The notes under the pieces: model-generated
Seen by the model: the letters and a program-made list of their open reading frames with translations, nothing else
What the model was told of the DNA's origin: nothing
Database searches by the model: none
Shown here: piece by piece, positions 1 to 12,309 of the stretch
How positions within the stretch are numbered: position 1 is the stretch's first letter
How the letters are laid out: each line of letters begins with the position of its first letter
NCBI GenBank assembly: GCA_900291995.1
Contig: OLMU01003345.1
Coordinates: forward strand, 45,296-65,295
Direction: 5' to 3'
Length of the DNA: 20,000 nucleotides
Source: Licmophora abbreviata
Taxonomy: Eukaryota
Program-made: the position numbers and the translations under genes

Positions 1-1
1 C

Positions 2-247
2 ACAGCACTATTGGAACAGTTCATGGTGGCACGCAAACAGTTCATCAGCATGGGCGGCAACTCAGATGGGACGAGCGGTCTTCGATTGAATGAAGACTTG
101 ACTAAAGGCGAGAGTGCACCTGCAGAAGGCTTCCACAATGAGCCACTGGCGGGGAATGTCGGCCGTGTCTTTGAAATTGGCTTGGTGGAAGTGTACAGAC
201 TTGTACGACAGGTGGATGGCAAGGGCATTGATGACATTGAATTCTAA
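2..247 (+). CDS. 3' end of a TLDc-domain protein (OXR1/TLDC family), 5'-truncated by the window
   Basis: Frame is open from position 2 to TAA at 245-247. FISMGG..SGLRLNEDLTKGES..GFHNEPL..FEIGLVEVY matches the TLDc C-terminal pattern (xxxGG..fgl.ld.dl..G.S...tF.N..L....F.i..vEvw). Confidence 0.75.
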   Translation, partial: TALLEQFMVARKQFISMGGNSDGTSGLRLNEDLTKGESAPAEGFHNEPLAGNVGRVFEIGLVEVYRLVRQVDGKGIDDIEF

Positions 248-365
248 CAGCCGCACAAGAGCAATCAATAAGATAGAGTAGAGGCTCAGAGCGAATCAAT
301 TGGTGCATAATGAGTTAAAACGTTGGTCGCTTACTTTCATCTCGCACAGTAACATCGAATCGCAA

Positions 366-1232
366 TCAGTTCCCACTGAGCAATCGATTCGCAGCTTGCT
401 CGATATGATTGTGCGACTGCTCGAGTGCCCGCAGCACAGCCTCTCGCTCGAAACCCATTGAAGTCAGTTGATCGATCGCATGCTGTGGCGGAGGTGGCGG
501 TCGTTCATATACGGGAGCAGCCGCTCTGGGGGCTGCACGCGGTCGCGCTGCTGTGGCTCTCTGTGCCAAAATGCTCGGTGGATCCTCACCGGACAGCCTT
601 CGTCCCCACAGCCCAACCAGTTCCGCTACAGCATCAGGAACATCCCAGTCTAGCTTCAACGCCAGCCAACCAGCTAGCATACCTATCAAGCCTGGCAAGA
701 CACTGTCCCAACGACGGTACAGCAATACTTGTACTGCCAGCAAATAAGGAATGCTCTTTTCACTCACGTGAATGCCCAGAATTCCGAAAAAGCGTGGGTG
801 CAATCGGGGTGTATAAGCGTGATACAAATACAGTAGGGCTCCTAGAGCTGGATAAGGACCGCAGACAAGCAAATCACGAATCGATGCCCCCACCACTAGC
901 AAGAAAAAGGTCGAAATGAGAAACATAGCCAGCAGCCAAAGGACATACTTGCGACTGCCCATTTCGCGTTCAAAACGTCGTCCGAGCTGTACTTGCACTA
1001 TCGATCCCAGAACCAGTTCTCCCGTTGACTCGAAGGTCATCGGATATGTCAACATGTGATATAATGGCTGCTGCTGTGTCAGAAGCTTGGCTGTATCCAG
1101 TGTAAAGGCAGCGTGGCTCCATTGTGAGTGTGACGATATAGCGACGTAGCAAATAACCGACAATATTGTTGTCAATTTCGAAGCCGGAGCTCCCAGAAAC
1201 CAAGGCTGATTCCAAGAAGGCGAAGAAGACAT
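366..1232 (-). CDS. UBAC2/Dsc2-like rhomboid pseudoprotease with C-terminal UBA domain (288 aa)
   Basis: Likely start is MSSSPSW at 1232. APASK..L, several TM helices, GRRFEREMGSRKY, GPY, SEKS.PYLLA.Q, then UBA IDQLTSMGFEREAVLRALEQSHNHIEQAANRLL. Confidence 0.85.
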   Translation of the reverse strand: MSSSPSWNQPWFLGAPASKLTTILSVICYVAISSHSQWSHAAFTLDTAKLLTQQQPLYHMLTYPMTFESTGELVLGSIVQVQLGRRFEREMGSRKYVLWLLAMFLISTFFLLVVGASIRDLLVCGPYPALGALLYLYHAYTPRLHPRFFGILGIHVSEKSIPYLLAVQVLLYRRWDSVLPGLIGMLAGWLALKLDWDVPDAVAELVGLWGRRLSGEDPPSILAQRATAARPRAAPRAAAPVYERPPPPPQHAIDQLTSMGFEREAVLRALEQSHNHIEQAANRLLSGN

Positions 1233-1881
1233 GATGGGAAAGTAAAGGATGAAGAAGCGCAAGGAAGTCAAGATACAAGAAGTCAATCTTTCATCGTCGC
1301 CGTTGCCGTATCGCTGTATCAGTCGTTGTCCCGCGTTGAGTGTGCGAGGTCTGCTCCTCGCGGATGTTTCCATCCTCTCGGGCTCCACTGACTCACTCGA
1401 CTCGACACGCCTCACTCACTTGACTGTTCGATTGAGTGAGTCGAGTAAATCGCAATATCTCAAGTCTGCACGTCGTAGGGGTCAAAACGGGACTATGCCG
1501 TGATGTTCACTTTTTTGACGCATCTCGAGGATCCACGTCTAAGAAACTCGCAGTTCTCGAGCTTTCTATTCGCTAAATGCTTCGCATCGAACCAAGAATG
1601 ACTAGGTGTCCACCAGAATTAAAAATATCTGATAAAAATGGTCTGGAAACGTCAGAAATATTCGTAGAATGCATATATCAAATACTAAAAATCTAATAAA
1701 TATATAAAATTGAATGATTCGCAAATATCAGAATCCTGTCCACCCTAGCTGTTCGGACGACGGATGGATCCAGGACTCAACAAAGACTAATCGCGCCCCA
1801 CCAATTCGAAATGCAACATGCTCACAAAACACTCCAATGCATCCTTGACGACCACACTGTCTCCAGCATCACTCTAACAAC

Positions 1882-3769
1882 ATGGTCTCCTTCACTCTCG
1901 CAGCGCTCATTGCCGTGCTTGTCACTCCCACTGCAGCTCGCCTTGAGGGTAAGCTCCATTCTGACGACGAGCAGTCCTTTCACCGCGACTCTCACATCGA
2001 ACATCATCGGCAGGCACGTGGACTTCTCACGCGTGACGTTCCTACCGAGAGCTACAACTTTGATGGATCCTTCAGCAACTCGACAGTCCTCACGAATCAC
2101 CACGAGCACGAAAGTCGCATTGTCGGTGGCACTAACGCCGGATCCACGGAGTTTCCCTACTTCGTCGGGTAAGTTTGATGTGCGACATTCCAAAATGTCC
2201 CGTGACATTCCAAATGTCCTTCGACCACAAACTCATGCGCGCTCGTCATCTTCTGTCGACACTAACCACAACAGTTGGGAAAATAGAGGCTGCGGCGTAT
2301 CATTCATTCACGGGGACTTTCTCCTCACGGCAGCTCACTGCAACGGCAACCAGAAGAATGTTGTTATTGGAGCCCACAAGGAAAACCCCAACACTTACAA
2401 ATTCAGTGGTCCTAATGGCGTACGCGCGAAGATCACCAAGAAGTTCCCTCATCCTTCCTACAACTCCGGCACTGAAGCGTATGACTTCATGCTCCTGAAG
2501 ATCGACAAATTTGTCACCAGCATCGACCCTGTTCAGATTAATCGCGATGGCGGCAACCCAAAGGCCGGCGAAGACCTCGTCGCCATGGGCTTCGGTGACC
2601 TCAAGGAGAACGGCGGAAATTATCCTTCGACCCTCAAGAAAGTAACTGTCGATTATGTCTCGAATCAAGAGTGTGACAAGGCCTACCAGCCGTTGTATGG
2701 CGGAATCGACGAAAAGTCCATGATGTGTGCGAAGCGCAGCGGAAAAGACGTAAGTTGTGTCGTCTCTTGAAGTGTTGCGTGCTGGTCCTCGATCATCTAC
2801 CGTTCGTTTCTCACATCGCTCGTCTCTATTCAAAACTAAAGAGCTGCCAAGGAGATTCAGGGGGACCGCTCGTAGAAATCGTGAACGGAAAGCATACCCA
2901 AGTCGGTGTCGTCAGTTGGGGAGAGGGATGCGCAAGAGGTAAGACGACGAGATGCGAGCATACTCGTGTGGAGCATGAACAGCAGAAACTCACGCAATTC
3001 TATCCCTCTGTCTTTAAACTTCTCTGCAGCCAAGTATCCTGGTGTCTACTCACGTGTCAGCCATGTCACTGAATGGATCGACAAGGTGATCTGCGAAAAC
3101 TCTTCGAAACCTGGAGCCTTTTGCAGCGGCGGAGGTGGCGGCGGAGGCGATGGAGGCGGCGGCAATTGCCAGGACGACAATAGCTACAACATTTTTATCA
3201 ACAACAACAACGGGTACAAGGACTGTAACTGGGTTGCGAAAAAGAGCACCAGCTTCAAGAATAATCAGTGTGGAAAGGACAAGGACGTCAGCTACCTGTG
3301 CCAAGAGGCGTGCAACAGCTGCGACTACTGGGAGGGCCGGAACTATAACCTCATCAACGCTGTCAGCAAGGACAATGGTGGTGGCGGTGGCGGCGGCACT
3401 TGCAAGAACGACAACGACTACTACATCTGGATCAACAACAGCAAAGGGTACCAGGACTGTGCTTGGGTGGACAAGAGGGGCACCAACTTCAAGAATAATC
3501 AGTGTGGCAAGGACAAGGATGTCAGCTATCTGTGCCAAGAAACATGCGACAGCTGCGATTACTGGGATGGAAGAAACTATACACCCAAAGACATTTTCAG
3601 CAAGAGTGGTGGTGGCGACTGTGAAGACTTGTCGGGCGACGTTTGGATTAACGCGAACAACGGATGGCAGGACTGTGATTGGCTGGCAGCGCGCAACTAC
3701 TGGGTAAACGAGCTCTGCATTTACCAGGACGTCGCCGAGGTTTGCCAATTTACTTGTGATTATTGCTGA
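1882..3769 (+). CDS. Secreted trypsin-like S1A serine protease with 3 C-terminal ShK-like Cys6 repeats (paralog A)
   Basis: Exons 1882-2168, 2275-2749, 2842-2938 and 3030-3769; GTAAG donors and AG acceptors are phase-consistent (2,0,1). Signal peptide, [35 protein letters not shown], then Gly linkers and C.D..C.W..C..C..[AT]C..C repeats. Confidence 0.93.
2184..2219. repeat. Tandem pair of short palindromes in intron 1 of trypsin A
   Basis: gacattccaaaatgtcc-cgt-gacattccaaatgtcc; each unit is GACATT-N3/4-AATGTC, with a 20-nt period. Confidence 0.8.
3167..3766 (+). repeat. Three ShK-like six-cysteine protein repeats (trypsin A)
   Basis: [17 protein letters not shown] / [18 protein letters not shown] / [18 protein letters not shown]. 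Repeats 1 and 2 share [18 protein letters not shown]. Confidence 0.75.
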
Positions 3770-4008
3770 GTGACTCGTGAAGGAATTGACAGCCGCAATG
3801 GAGAGTACGCGTATGATAGTAGTAACAATAATTAGCTAGATTGCATGTTCGATAGTACAAATCAACACTCGTACGATTACAGTGAAAGAAACCTCTCCAG
3901 AGAGCGCACAGAGAAGCATCGTATGCATACAGTCTGAAGGATGGATATCTTGAAGAATCTCTTAGCAGGGAACGAGACATGCAGCCATTTAGAGCTCAGC
4001 GAGTCCCC

Positions 4009-4374
4009 TTACAGGTCGTGTTGTACCATTTCATCTCCAATTAGAAACGGCCGCAGCTTGGGAGCTTGTGCATCTCCAGCCGCCTCATCGGCAGTCACAT
4101 ACAAGACCCCTATGACAAAACCAATCAGTGCGGACACTCCGATCAATATGCCTCCCATTAGTGCCAGCAAAAGCTCATTCCGTCCCACCGTGATGGTATC
4201 GCCCTCCCATACAAACTTGGTCGAGTTCTTGGTCTTTTGCATGTCCAAGACAAAACTATCCCCCGGCTTTAATCCTTTTGGCACTTGCACGTCTCCCTCC
4301 GTGCCATCAGGACACCGTATGCGAATCATCTGGCCAGATTTGACATGTTGGGGGATAACGACGCGAAACTGCAT
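4009..4374 (-). CDS. Hypothetical 121-aa membrane protein with duplicated VxVPxxxxxGxxF-type motif and a TM helix near the C-terminus
   Basis: ATG at 4374 with an in-frame upstream stop. VVIPQHVKSGQMI / VQVPKGLKPGDSF; hydrophobic LLLALMGGILIGVSALIGFVIGVLYV. Confidence 0.7.
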   Translation of the reverse strand: MQFRVVIPQHVKSGQMIRIRCPDGTEGDVQVPKGLKPGDSFVLDMQKTKNSTKFVWEGDTITVGRNELLLALMGGILIGVSALIGFVIGVLYVTADEAAGDAQAPKLRPFLIGDEMVQHDL

Positions 4375-4898
4375 GCTTTGCGATGAGGCTACCGCAACGC
4401 GGTCAATGACTGTTTTGTCACGATTTCTTGGTCAATTGATTGAACGATTCCAATCGAAGGCTCCAGTCTCTCCCACTTTTTCAATTCTCTGCGGCTGCGA
4501 TGAAGCAATATATGATAAAGTAGATGCACAAAAGCGAGCGTTTTGGGTGATGGAGGCAACGTCGTCCGCGGTTGATTGATCCTTGTGTCTCTCGGTGCGC
4601 ATGTGACCCGGATCGGGGGAGTTCGCAAGACACGAACGGCCTGTCGACCTGTCGATGACATGGAACAGCCGGCGAATCAATCGAACCACCTTTGTTACTA
4701 CTAGTAGTGCTTAGACTATGTACTCCGTAGTTGATTGTGGGGCTGCCTTGTCAAACTGAGCCTTTCATTCCAGCTATCATACGGCCGCATTGCGCCAACT
4801 ATCATCCCGTTCGACTTTTATAACTCCCTCCCTCCCTACACTGTCACGCGCCACTCGCCACTCTTTCACAAAACCTCGAGAACTCACTCTCTTCCTCG

Positions 4899-5900
4899 TT
4901 ACGAAGTTTCCATAGCTTCCGTCGTCACGACGACATCCTTCAAGGTCGGGACAAACTGGGAGTGCAAAACTGCCGTCGTTCCTTGTTGAATCGTCAGACG
5001 CTCGCTGTGCTGAATCGCATCCCTCAGCGGCTGCGTATCGTTGGGCTTGACAGCACCCCGCGTATACTCCACAGTCCCATCCAATCGCACCACACACGTA
5101 TCACAGTTCGAACCACTGCCAAGATCATTGAAAATACCGGCTCCAATGGCACGCTTGACCAACTCCACAGCCTCCGTCTCATTCATATCATCCCTCCACG
5201 AACTCTCAAACACACTCATGGCTGCCAGACTACCACTGCCCATGGTGGTGTAGGGCAACTTGCCGGTACTGCCGTGAGGATAAATTTGATACACGTGCGG
5301 TCCATCCTTGTCGCAGCCTCCGAGTACGAGCGCGGCACTGATATGGCCCTGGTACTTGAAGAGCATGCGTTTCAATAGAGTACAGGCCGTCACGACGCGG
5401 GAATCGGATTTGGTGTCCATGCGGAGGAGTTCGAGCTGCGAACTGATCAACTCGGTCGTCTTTTCGGTATCGGCAGCAGTACCAGCGCCGCAGCAGTAGC
5501 TGGAGAGAAAGGAAACCGAGAGAGAGGGTGTGAGAAGAAAAAAGTAGATGCAGTCAGCAGCCCCTAGATACACTCGACGGACAGAGCGAACTACTAGCCT
5601 ACTACGGTAGCTCTCATAGCAAAGAGCACTGCACCGTCATGATACTCACATGTTGGGAGCAATGTAGTGAATCTTTTCACAGTTCTTCTCTGCGACTTCA
5701 GTTCCTCCCGTCGCACGCGTATCGGCACCCAGAACCACCCCATTATCAAAGGCCATGCCGACAATGGTTGTACCCGTCTTGGTAGCCAAGGGGAGGATCG
5801 AGGAGCCGGAACTGGCAGTCTGCTTAGCAGCCATCTGCTCAATCATGGCGTTGCGGTGGACATTGTCAAAGGAAAATCCAGAGGGGGCATCAGAGGACAT
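4899..5900 (-). CDS. PSMB7: 20S proteasome subunit beta-2 (PSMB7/PUP1) precursor
   Basis: Exons 5900-5650 and 5499-4899, with a 150-nt GTGAGT..CCAG intron. Propeptide [16 protein letters not shown] catalytic Thr, [68 protein letters not shown]. Confidence 0.97.
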
Positions 5901-6499
5901 GGTTGTAACTGAATAGAAGAGACAAAAGAGATAGACGCAACAGCAACAAGATCTCGCTCTCTCCTGCAGCAATGATGATGCTTGTGTTGTCGACCGCCGT
6001 CGCTCTCCGAGCGCTTCGGCGTGTTTCTGTCGGTGAACGAAGGACGGACGTCCATGAAAGAAGAAAACCCGGAAGTTGTCTGTCAGTCTGTACGTCCTCC
6101 TGTCGTCGCCCGTGCCACGAAACCAAAAAAAATGATGAGGAGGAGAACGCAGCTTCCAGTACAAAACACACGCACATGGTACCCACCGCTGTAAATGGCC
6201 TGACCGGCGGTAGACTCCGAAGCATTCACACAGACCCCGCAAGCCGCGAGTCGTCGCTGTTGCAGCTGTTGTGACGCTCGACCGCACCGCAACGAGACTG
6301 ACTGACTCTGCTGTGTTCCAAAGTAGCATAGGAGCACCAACGTGAAGAACACTGAAGAGCAAAACTGCCCAGAACGGATAGGAGCGACCGGCATTTTGTA
6401 ACACGAAATTCTTGAGCGAGGTGGCGCGAACGTTGTGAGAAAAACAGTACAAGGCTTGGACGAGAATCCTCTCTTTGCTCTCCAATCATACACACTACT

Positions 6500-7795
6500 A
6501 TGTCTTCCATGGGCGTGACCACTACCAAGCCACCGGCCGGTAGCGGTGCAGTCTTGCTCATGAGACCAGACAATAACAGCGATGCTCGGTCGGACGCTGT
6601 CACACAATTTGAAGTTCCTTCTTCCAGTAGTAATCATACAGAGTTTTGTACGCAGAGCGGAATCTTATCAACAGCAGTGACAACCGAAGCCGCCTCCTCG
6701 GACACAGCCGTCGACTCGGCCTTGTTATCCGCCCTCCGCGATCCCCGCGAACGCGTTCCACTCTTGAAACTCGAGCAAATGCTTGTGGAACTTGTTCAAG
6801 ATCCCTCCTTACAATACTGGGACATGGGCGGTCCCAATCACTTGACAGTAGTAAGACGATATGATTATCAGGAAGGAGGCGAGCTTTTCAGCAACACGAG
6901 TCGACCCCCCACGTCCTTTCAGAGGTGTTGTTTGCATCGATTGGCAGATCGATTCGGAATCAAACGAGAGTCCACCTCCTATGCACCTGGATACATACGA
7001 TTGTACAAGACGACCGATACCAAAGTTCCCAGCCAACTCTTGATTGACTTGAATCCAACCAGCAGTGTGCATCGTCAACCAGGTGCAGCAGAGGGAGAGG
7101 CTACCGAGGCTGTCGCAGCCGGAGCAGCGAGTAAGCAGACGACTCTCTCCTCCTCCAAGAGCAGCAACAGCAACAACAAAAAGAAGAAGAAGAAGAAGAT
7201 TCTCATCAAACGCAATTCGTCGAGTAGTTTGGGAAACAATCGCGATGGCGGCGAGAGTTCCACTGATGGGATTGGTGGGAGAGGACGTGCGGGTGGGGCC
7301 ATTGAAGACAAGGAAAAGGCCTATGCGGAAGCGCGAGCGCGAATTTTTGGAACGGAACAGCAACAAGACACCGGGAGTAGTGAAGTGGGAACACATGAGC
7401 CTATGGATTCCTCGATGCAAGCAGTACCATTTGTGACTCCTGCCGAGAGTAGCATCAACTACACCTACGCAACCCATACAAACTTACCCATGGATTCGAC
7501 ATCGACAAGCAAGGCAACATGGAGAAATCGGAAAGAAGAAGTGAACGATCCAGACTTTCGACGAGTCCCCGTCGTGCCAGTGTCGTACCAACCCGCTGCC
7601 GTATATGGATACGGCTACGGTATGGCAGCGGCAGCGTATACACCGAACGTATCGCCCTTGCCTGCGACGAGTTCGAGTGCGGCTCCGTTCGTGCCGACGG
7701 GGTTCACGGGTGTGTCGTCTGCCATATACGAACCGGCTAGGCAGCAGGCGTCGAATATTGACAATCAAGATGAGTTTCCATCCTTGGGCCGGTAG
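6500..7795 (+). CDS. R3H- and SUZ-domain RNA-binding protein (R3HDM/Encore-like)
   Basis: 431-aa ORF. ALRDPRER..LLKLEQ, SFQRCCLHRLADRFGI (R-x3-H), KKILIKR, IEDKEKAYAEARARIFG (SUZ), DPDF, terminal DEFPSLGR. Confidence 0.88.
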   Translation: MSSMGVTTTKPPAGSGAVLLMRPDNNSDARSDAVTQFEVPSSSSNHTEFCTQSGILSTAVTTEAASSDTAVDSALLSALRDPRERVPLLKLEQMLVELVQDPSLQYWDMGGPNHLTVVRRYDYQEGGELFSNTSRPPTSFQRCCLHRLADRFGIKRESTSYAPGYIRLYKTTDTKVPSQLLIDLNPTSSVHRQPGAAEGEATEAVAAGAASKQTTLSSSKSSNSNNKKKKKKKILIKRNSSSSLGNNRDGGESSTDGIGGRGRAGGAIEDKEKAYAEARARIFGTEQQQDTGSSEVGTHEPMDSSMQAVPFVTPAESSINYTYATHTNLPMDSTSTSKATWRNRKEEVNDPDFRRVPVVPVSYQPAAVYGYGYGMAAAAYTPNVSPLPATSSSAAPFVPTGFTGVSSAIYEPARQQASNIDNQDEFPSLGR

Positions 7796-8109
7796 TTGTA
7801 GTATTGGCAAGCATGCTAAAGTCGCTGTAGATTCAAGTCCAAACCTCGGATGAGCTATTATATACAAACCGCACACAGACTGTAGAAGCTTATGATTATC
7901 GTGATGATGACGCAAGAGCTACAGACCAACTCCACAATCGTACCGATACCGGTAAAAGGGTTGATACAACGGGCGGTTCGTACGGAGTACGTGTTATCAA
8001 GCCACAGCAAGCGAGTACTAGTAGAAGTCAATAAACTGACATTTTCTCTCGAGCAGTCTTTTGCAGTTCTAAAAATGGTAGCAATGGAAATTCAGTGGAT
8101 GTCTTCGTC

Positions 8110-9971
<1,862 letters not shown>

Positions 9972-10412
9972 GTTGATGAGTATCGTCAAGGTGCGAAAGT
10001 ATGATACAGTGGATCCACTGTAAAGCTGCCATCGCAGTTGTGGATTCTGGTCAAGTCCCGTGAATCTCATTCTCCTTTTTTGGAATTTTGGTTCCGGTGT
10101 GCCCATCGTAAAATTGTACGCAGCCGCACTGGTACTCAGCTAGATGTTGGCCAAAACCTCAAATCTTCGACCCTTTGGATGAAATTTAAATTTTCAGATA
10201 TATTCAATATACAAAGCGTACTACAGGATAAATACAACATGCATAGAAATGAGATGGCACGCGTGGCCATGTCACGTACAGACAGATGTCAAATGACAAA
10301 TGACAAATGACATCCGTCCGGGAGGAAGAGGACGGGTGATGCACATACCGTTCTCTTTTTCGAAACACTCCATGAAACACAAAGACACACACAACACACG
10401 ACCACGACGACA

Positions 10413-10967
10413 ATGAGGAATTTTGTTGCTCCTCTCATCCTCTTTCTCTCAAGTTCTTTGTCTCCCTGGCATACTTCAGCTTTTCCAGCTTTAGCCTCAC
10501 GATCGCCAGGTCCGCTACTTTACTCGAAGAGAAGATTGACCGACGGCGACGACGACAAGTCACTGCCCAGCAGGAGGACGGAAAACGACGAGGTGTTTGC
10601 CTTGTCCCAACACCAAATACCAAAAGACACGCTGACTCCTCCTCCTATCAATGTTCGGAGAGAGTCCATTTTGTTTGGAGAAAATCCCACAACGCAAAGA
10701 AAGAACAATGCTAGATGGGTTTGGAGCAAGGCCAAAGAACAGCTTCCCTTTCTATTGACCGGTGCTCGCAGCACAAGCACCGCCGACGATAATCCATGGG
10801 GCGGACTCTACAATATGATTCTGGTGCGGCTCCCTGTAATTCTTTGCGGTATAGTGTACAGTAAGAACTTACTCGAGGGACATCCATTGGTGTTGGATTT
10901 GGGCAAGGGGCCGTGGGAAGCGAGTCCTATTCTCGTGTACGGAATTCTTTATGTCATTCTGAGATAG
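10413..10967 (+). CDS. Hypothetical plastid-targeted membrane protein (184 aa)
   Basis: Signal peptide ending TSA|FP (ASAFAP-like), a Ser/Arg-rich transit segment and two C-terminal hydrophobic segments. Confidence 0.75.
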   Translation: MRNFVAPLILFLSSSLSPWHTSAFPALASRSPGPLLYSKRRLTDGDDDKSLPSRRTENDEVFALSQHQIPKDTLTPPPINVRRESILFGENPTTQRKNNARWVWSKAKEQLPFLLTGARSTSTADDNPWGGLYNMILVRLPVILCGIVYSKNLLEGHPLVLDLGKGPWEASPILVYGILYVILR

Positions 10968-11436
10968 CTGTGGGGCGCAGACGCGGCGATGGCAAGTTTG
11001 AAATTTTAGAATAGAGAGAAGCCAAAAGAAAGAATTGTCCAATGCTCGTACATGCAGTGAATTTGTAGGGCCTATGCAGAACATACGTACAAGGGTTTCA
11101 TATGCTAAGATCATGAGAGCATCATCTTTCGACTTTGTCTTTCTGGTCAGTCCAGTAATAGTAGACATGGGTACAGCGATGGGCATGTGGGTCTAACTGG
11201 TGTTTAACTCATCGCCGACACCACCTCTCGTTTAGTCTCCCGCCGTTTTGATACCTGGTTTGGAATCTCATTTTTGGCGGGACTATGAAACCGCGGCAAA
11301 AAAGTGTGTTCTTCCACGCGCGGATGCCGAATGCTGGCCGCGCGGGCCGCGAGTGGTGCATGGATGTGATGTTGACATGACACCGGTCTGATGATCGGCG
11401 GCAAGCTATCGCCTGTGTCGCTGATCAGCTTTCAGG

Positions 11437-12309
11437 ATGTTTATCACTGGCGGAAGGCTACGAGTACTACAGCATCTGCTGCTGGTATCGATTTTTCCCG
11501 CCTGCCAAGCTTTTGCTCCTGGCCTTGCTCCTTCCCTGATACGGCAAGCATCACCTCACGCGGCACCGCTTCACCACACACGCAGGAGCAGCAGCGCGCT
11601 GCACATGAAGGGCATCGAACTCAGCGATCTCTTGTTTGACAGCACCTCAACAGCATTCGATGCTTGGGAATGGACCAATGGCTTGGGCGCTCCCGCAGCT
11701 CTGGTAGCGGGGGCCGTGTTGGTGACTCTGAGCGAGACCCGCGGCGACATGGCTCCCCGTCGACATGACAAGAACTGGATCCGGATCGTCAAACTTTTGA
11801 CTCGGTTCTTACTGCTGTCGTCCTTTGCATTCGAAGTCAGTTCTATTTTTGTGTCCACCATGACGGGAACCGTTCTACTCAGTCACGGGGAAACTGCAAA
11901 GGCTGTAGTGGGCTACTCGTGTCCACTCGGGTTGTTGCATCATCATTTCGAGTTCGAGTACTTGACGATACAGATCGGATTCTTACAGGGTCTCATGAAC
12001 TGGTTGGCGGCAGTGGCATGCGAAGTGGCTCTTCCGAAAGAGGGAGAGACACTGAGCGCCAAACGAATGAATGGATTCATGGCAAGCTGCCTGTTAACAT
12101 TGATATTTTGGATTCTGGCGTTCTACAATCATCACTTGAGCTTCTATTCCGACTACTTATCCATGCTAAAACGATACTCATGCTTGTTCATCAAACGGTA
12201 CTTTGGAAAGTGGCGTCCAATGAGTCTTTTGTACGGCCCTTCCACTATTGTCACTGCTGTCATGGGATGGAAAGCGATCATGTCGCCGCCGAGAGAGGAC
12301 GATGATTGA
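11437..12309 (+). CDS. Plastid-targeted multi-TM (about 4-5) protein of unknown function, copy 1
   Basis: 290-aa ORF with CQA|FAP cleavage motif, an R/S-rich transit peptide ending SALHM and several TM helices. It has a close paralog at 12574-13527. Confidence 0.88.
   Translation: MFITGGRLRVLQHLLLVSIFPACQAFAPGLAPSLIRQASPHAAPLHHTRRSSSALHMKGIELSDLLFDSTSTAFDAWEWTNGLGAPAALVAGAVLVTLSETRGDMAPRRHDKNWIRIVKLLTRFLLLSSFAFEVSSIFVSTMTGTVLLSHGETAKAVVGYSCPLGLLHHHFEFEYLTIQIGFLQGLMNWLAAVACEVALPKEGETLSAKRMNGFMASCLLTLIFWILAFYNHHLSFYSDYLSMLKRYSCLFIKRYFGKWRPMSLLYGPSTIVTAVMGWKAIMSPPREDDD

Noticed and set aside
1233..1446. 61-codon upstream extension of the UBAC2-like ORF and actc/gagt inverted repeats at ~1390-1446
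   Set aside because: The extension has a non-ATG start and reads like 5' UTR; the repeats are low-complexity and short.
1811..2274. N-terminal part of the 319-aa ORF 1811-2770
   Set aside because: It is an out-of-frame read of exon 1 and intron 1; the true signal peptide and IVGG are in the frame starting at 1882.
3941..4579. 212-aa plus-strand ORF
   Set aside because: Antisense shadow of the 121-aa minus-strand gene, with no recognisable protein features.
5901..6485. Long N-terminal extension of the PSMB7 ORF
   Set aside because: No proteasome-like character; the typical propeptide starts at ATG 5900. This region is the divergent promoter/UTR shared with the R3H gene.
7160..7200. (aac)n/(aag)n microsatellite
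   Set aside because: Encodes the in-frame Asn/Lys run before KILIKR, ordinary for R3H-SUZ proteins.
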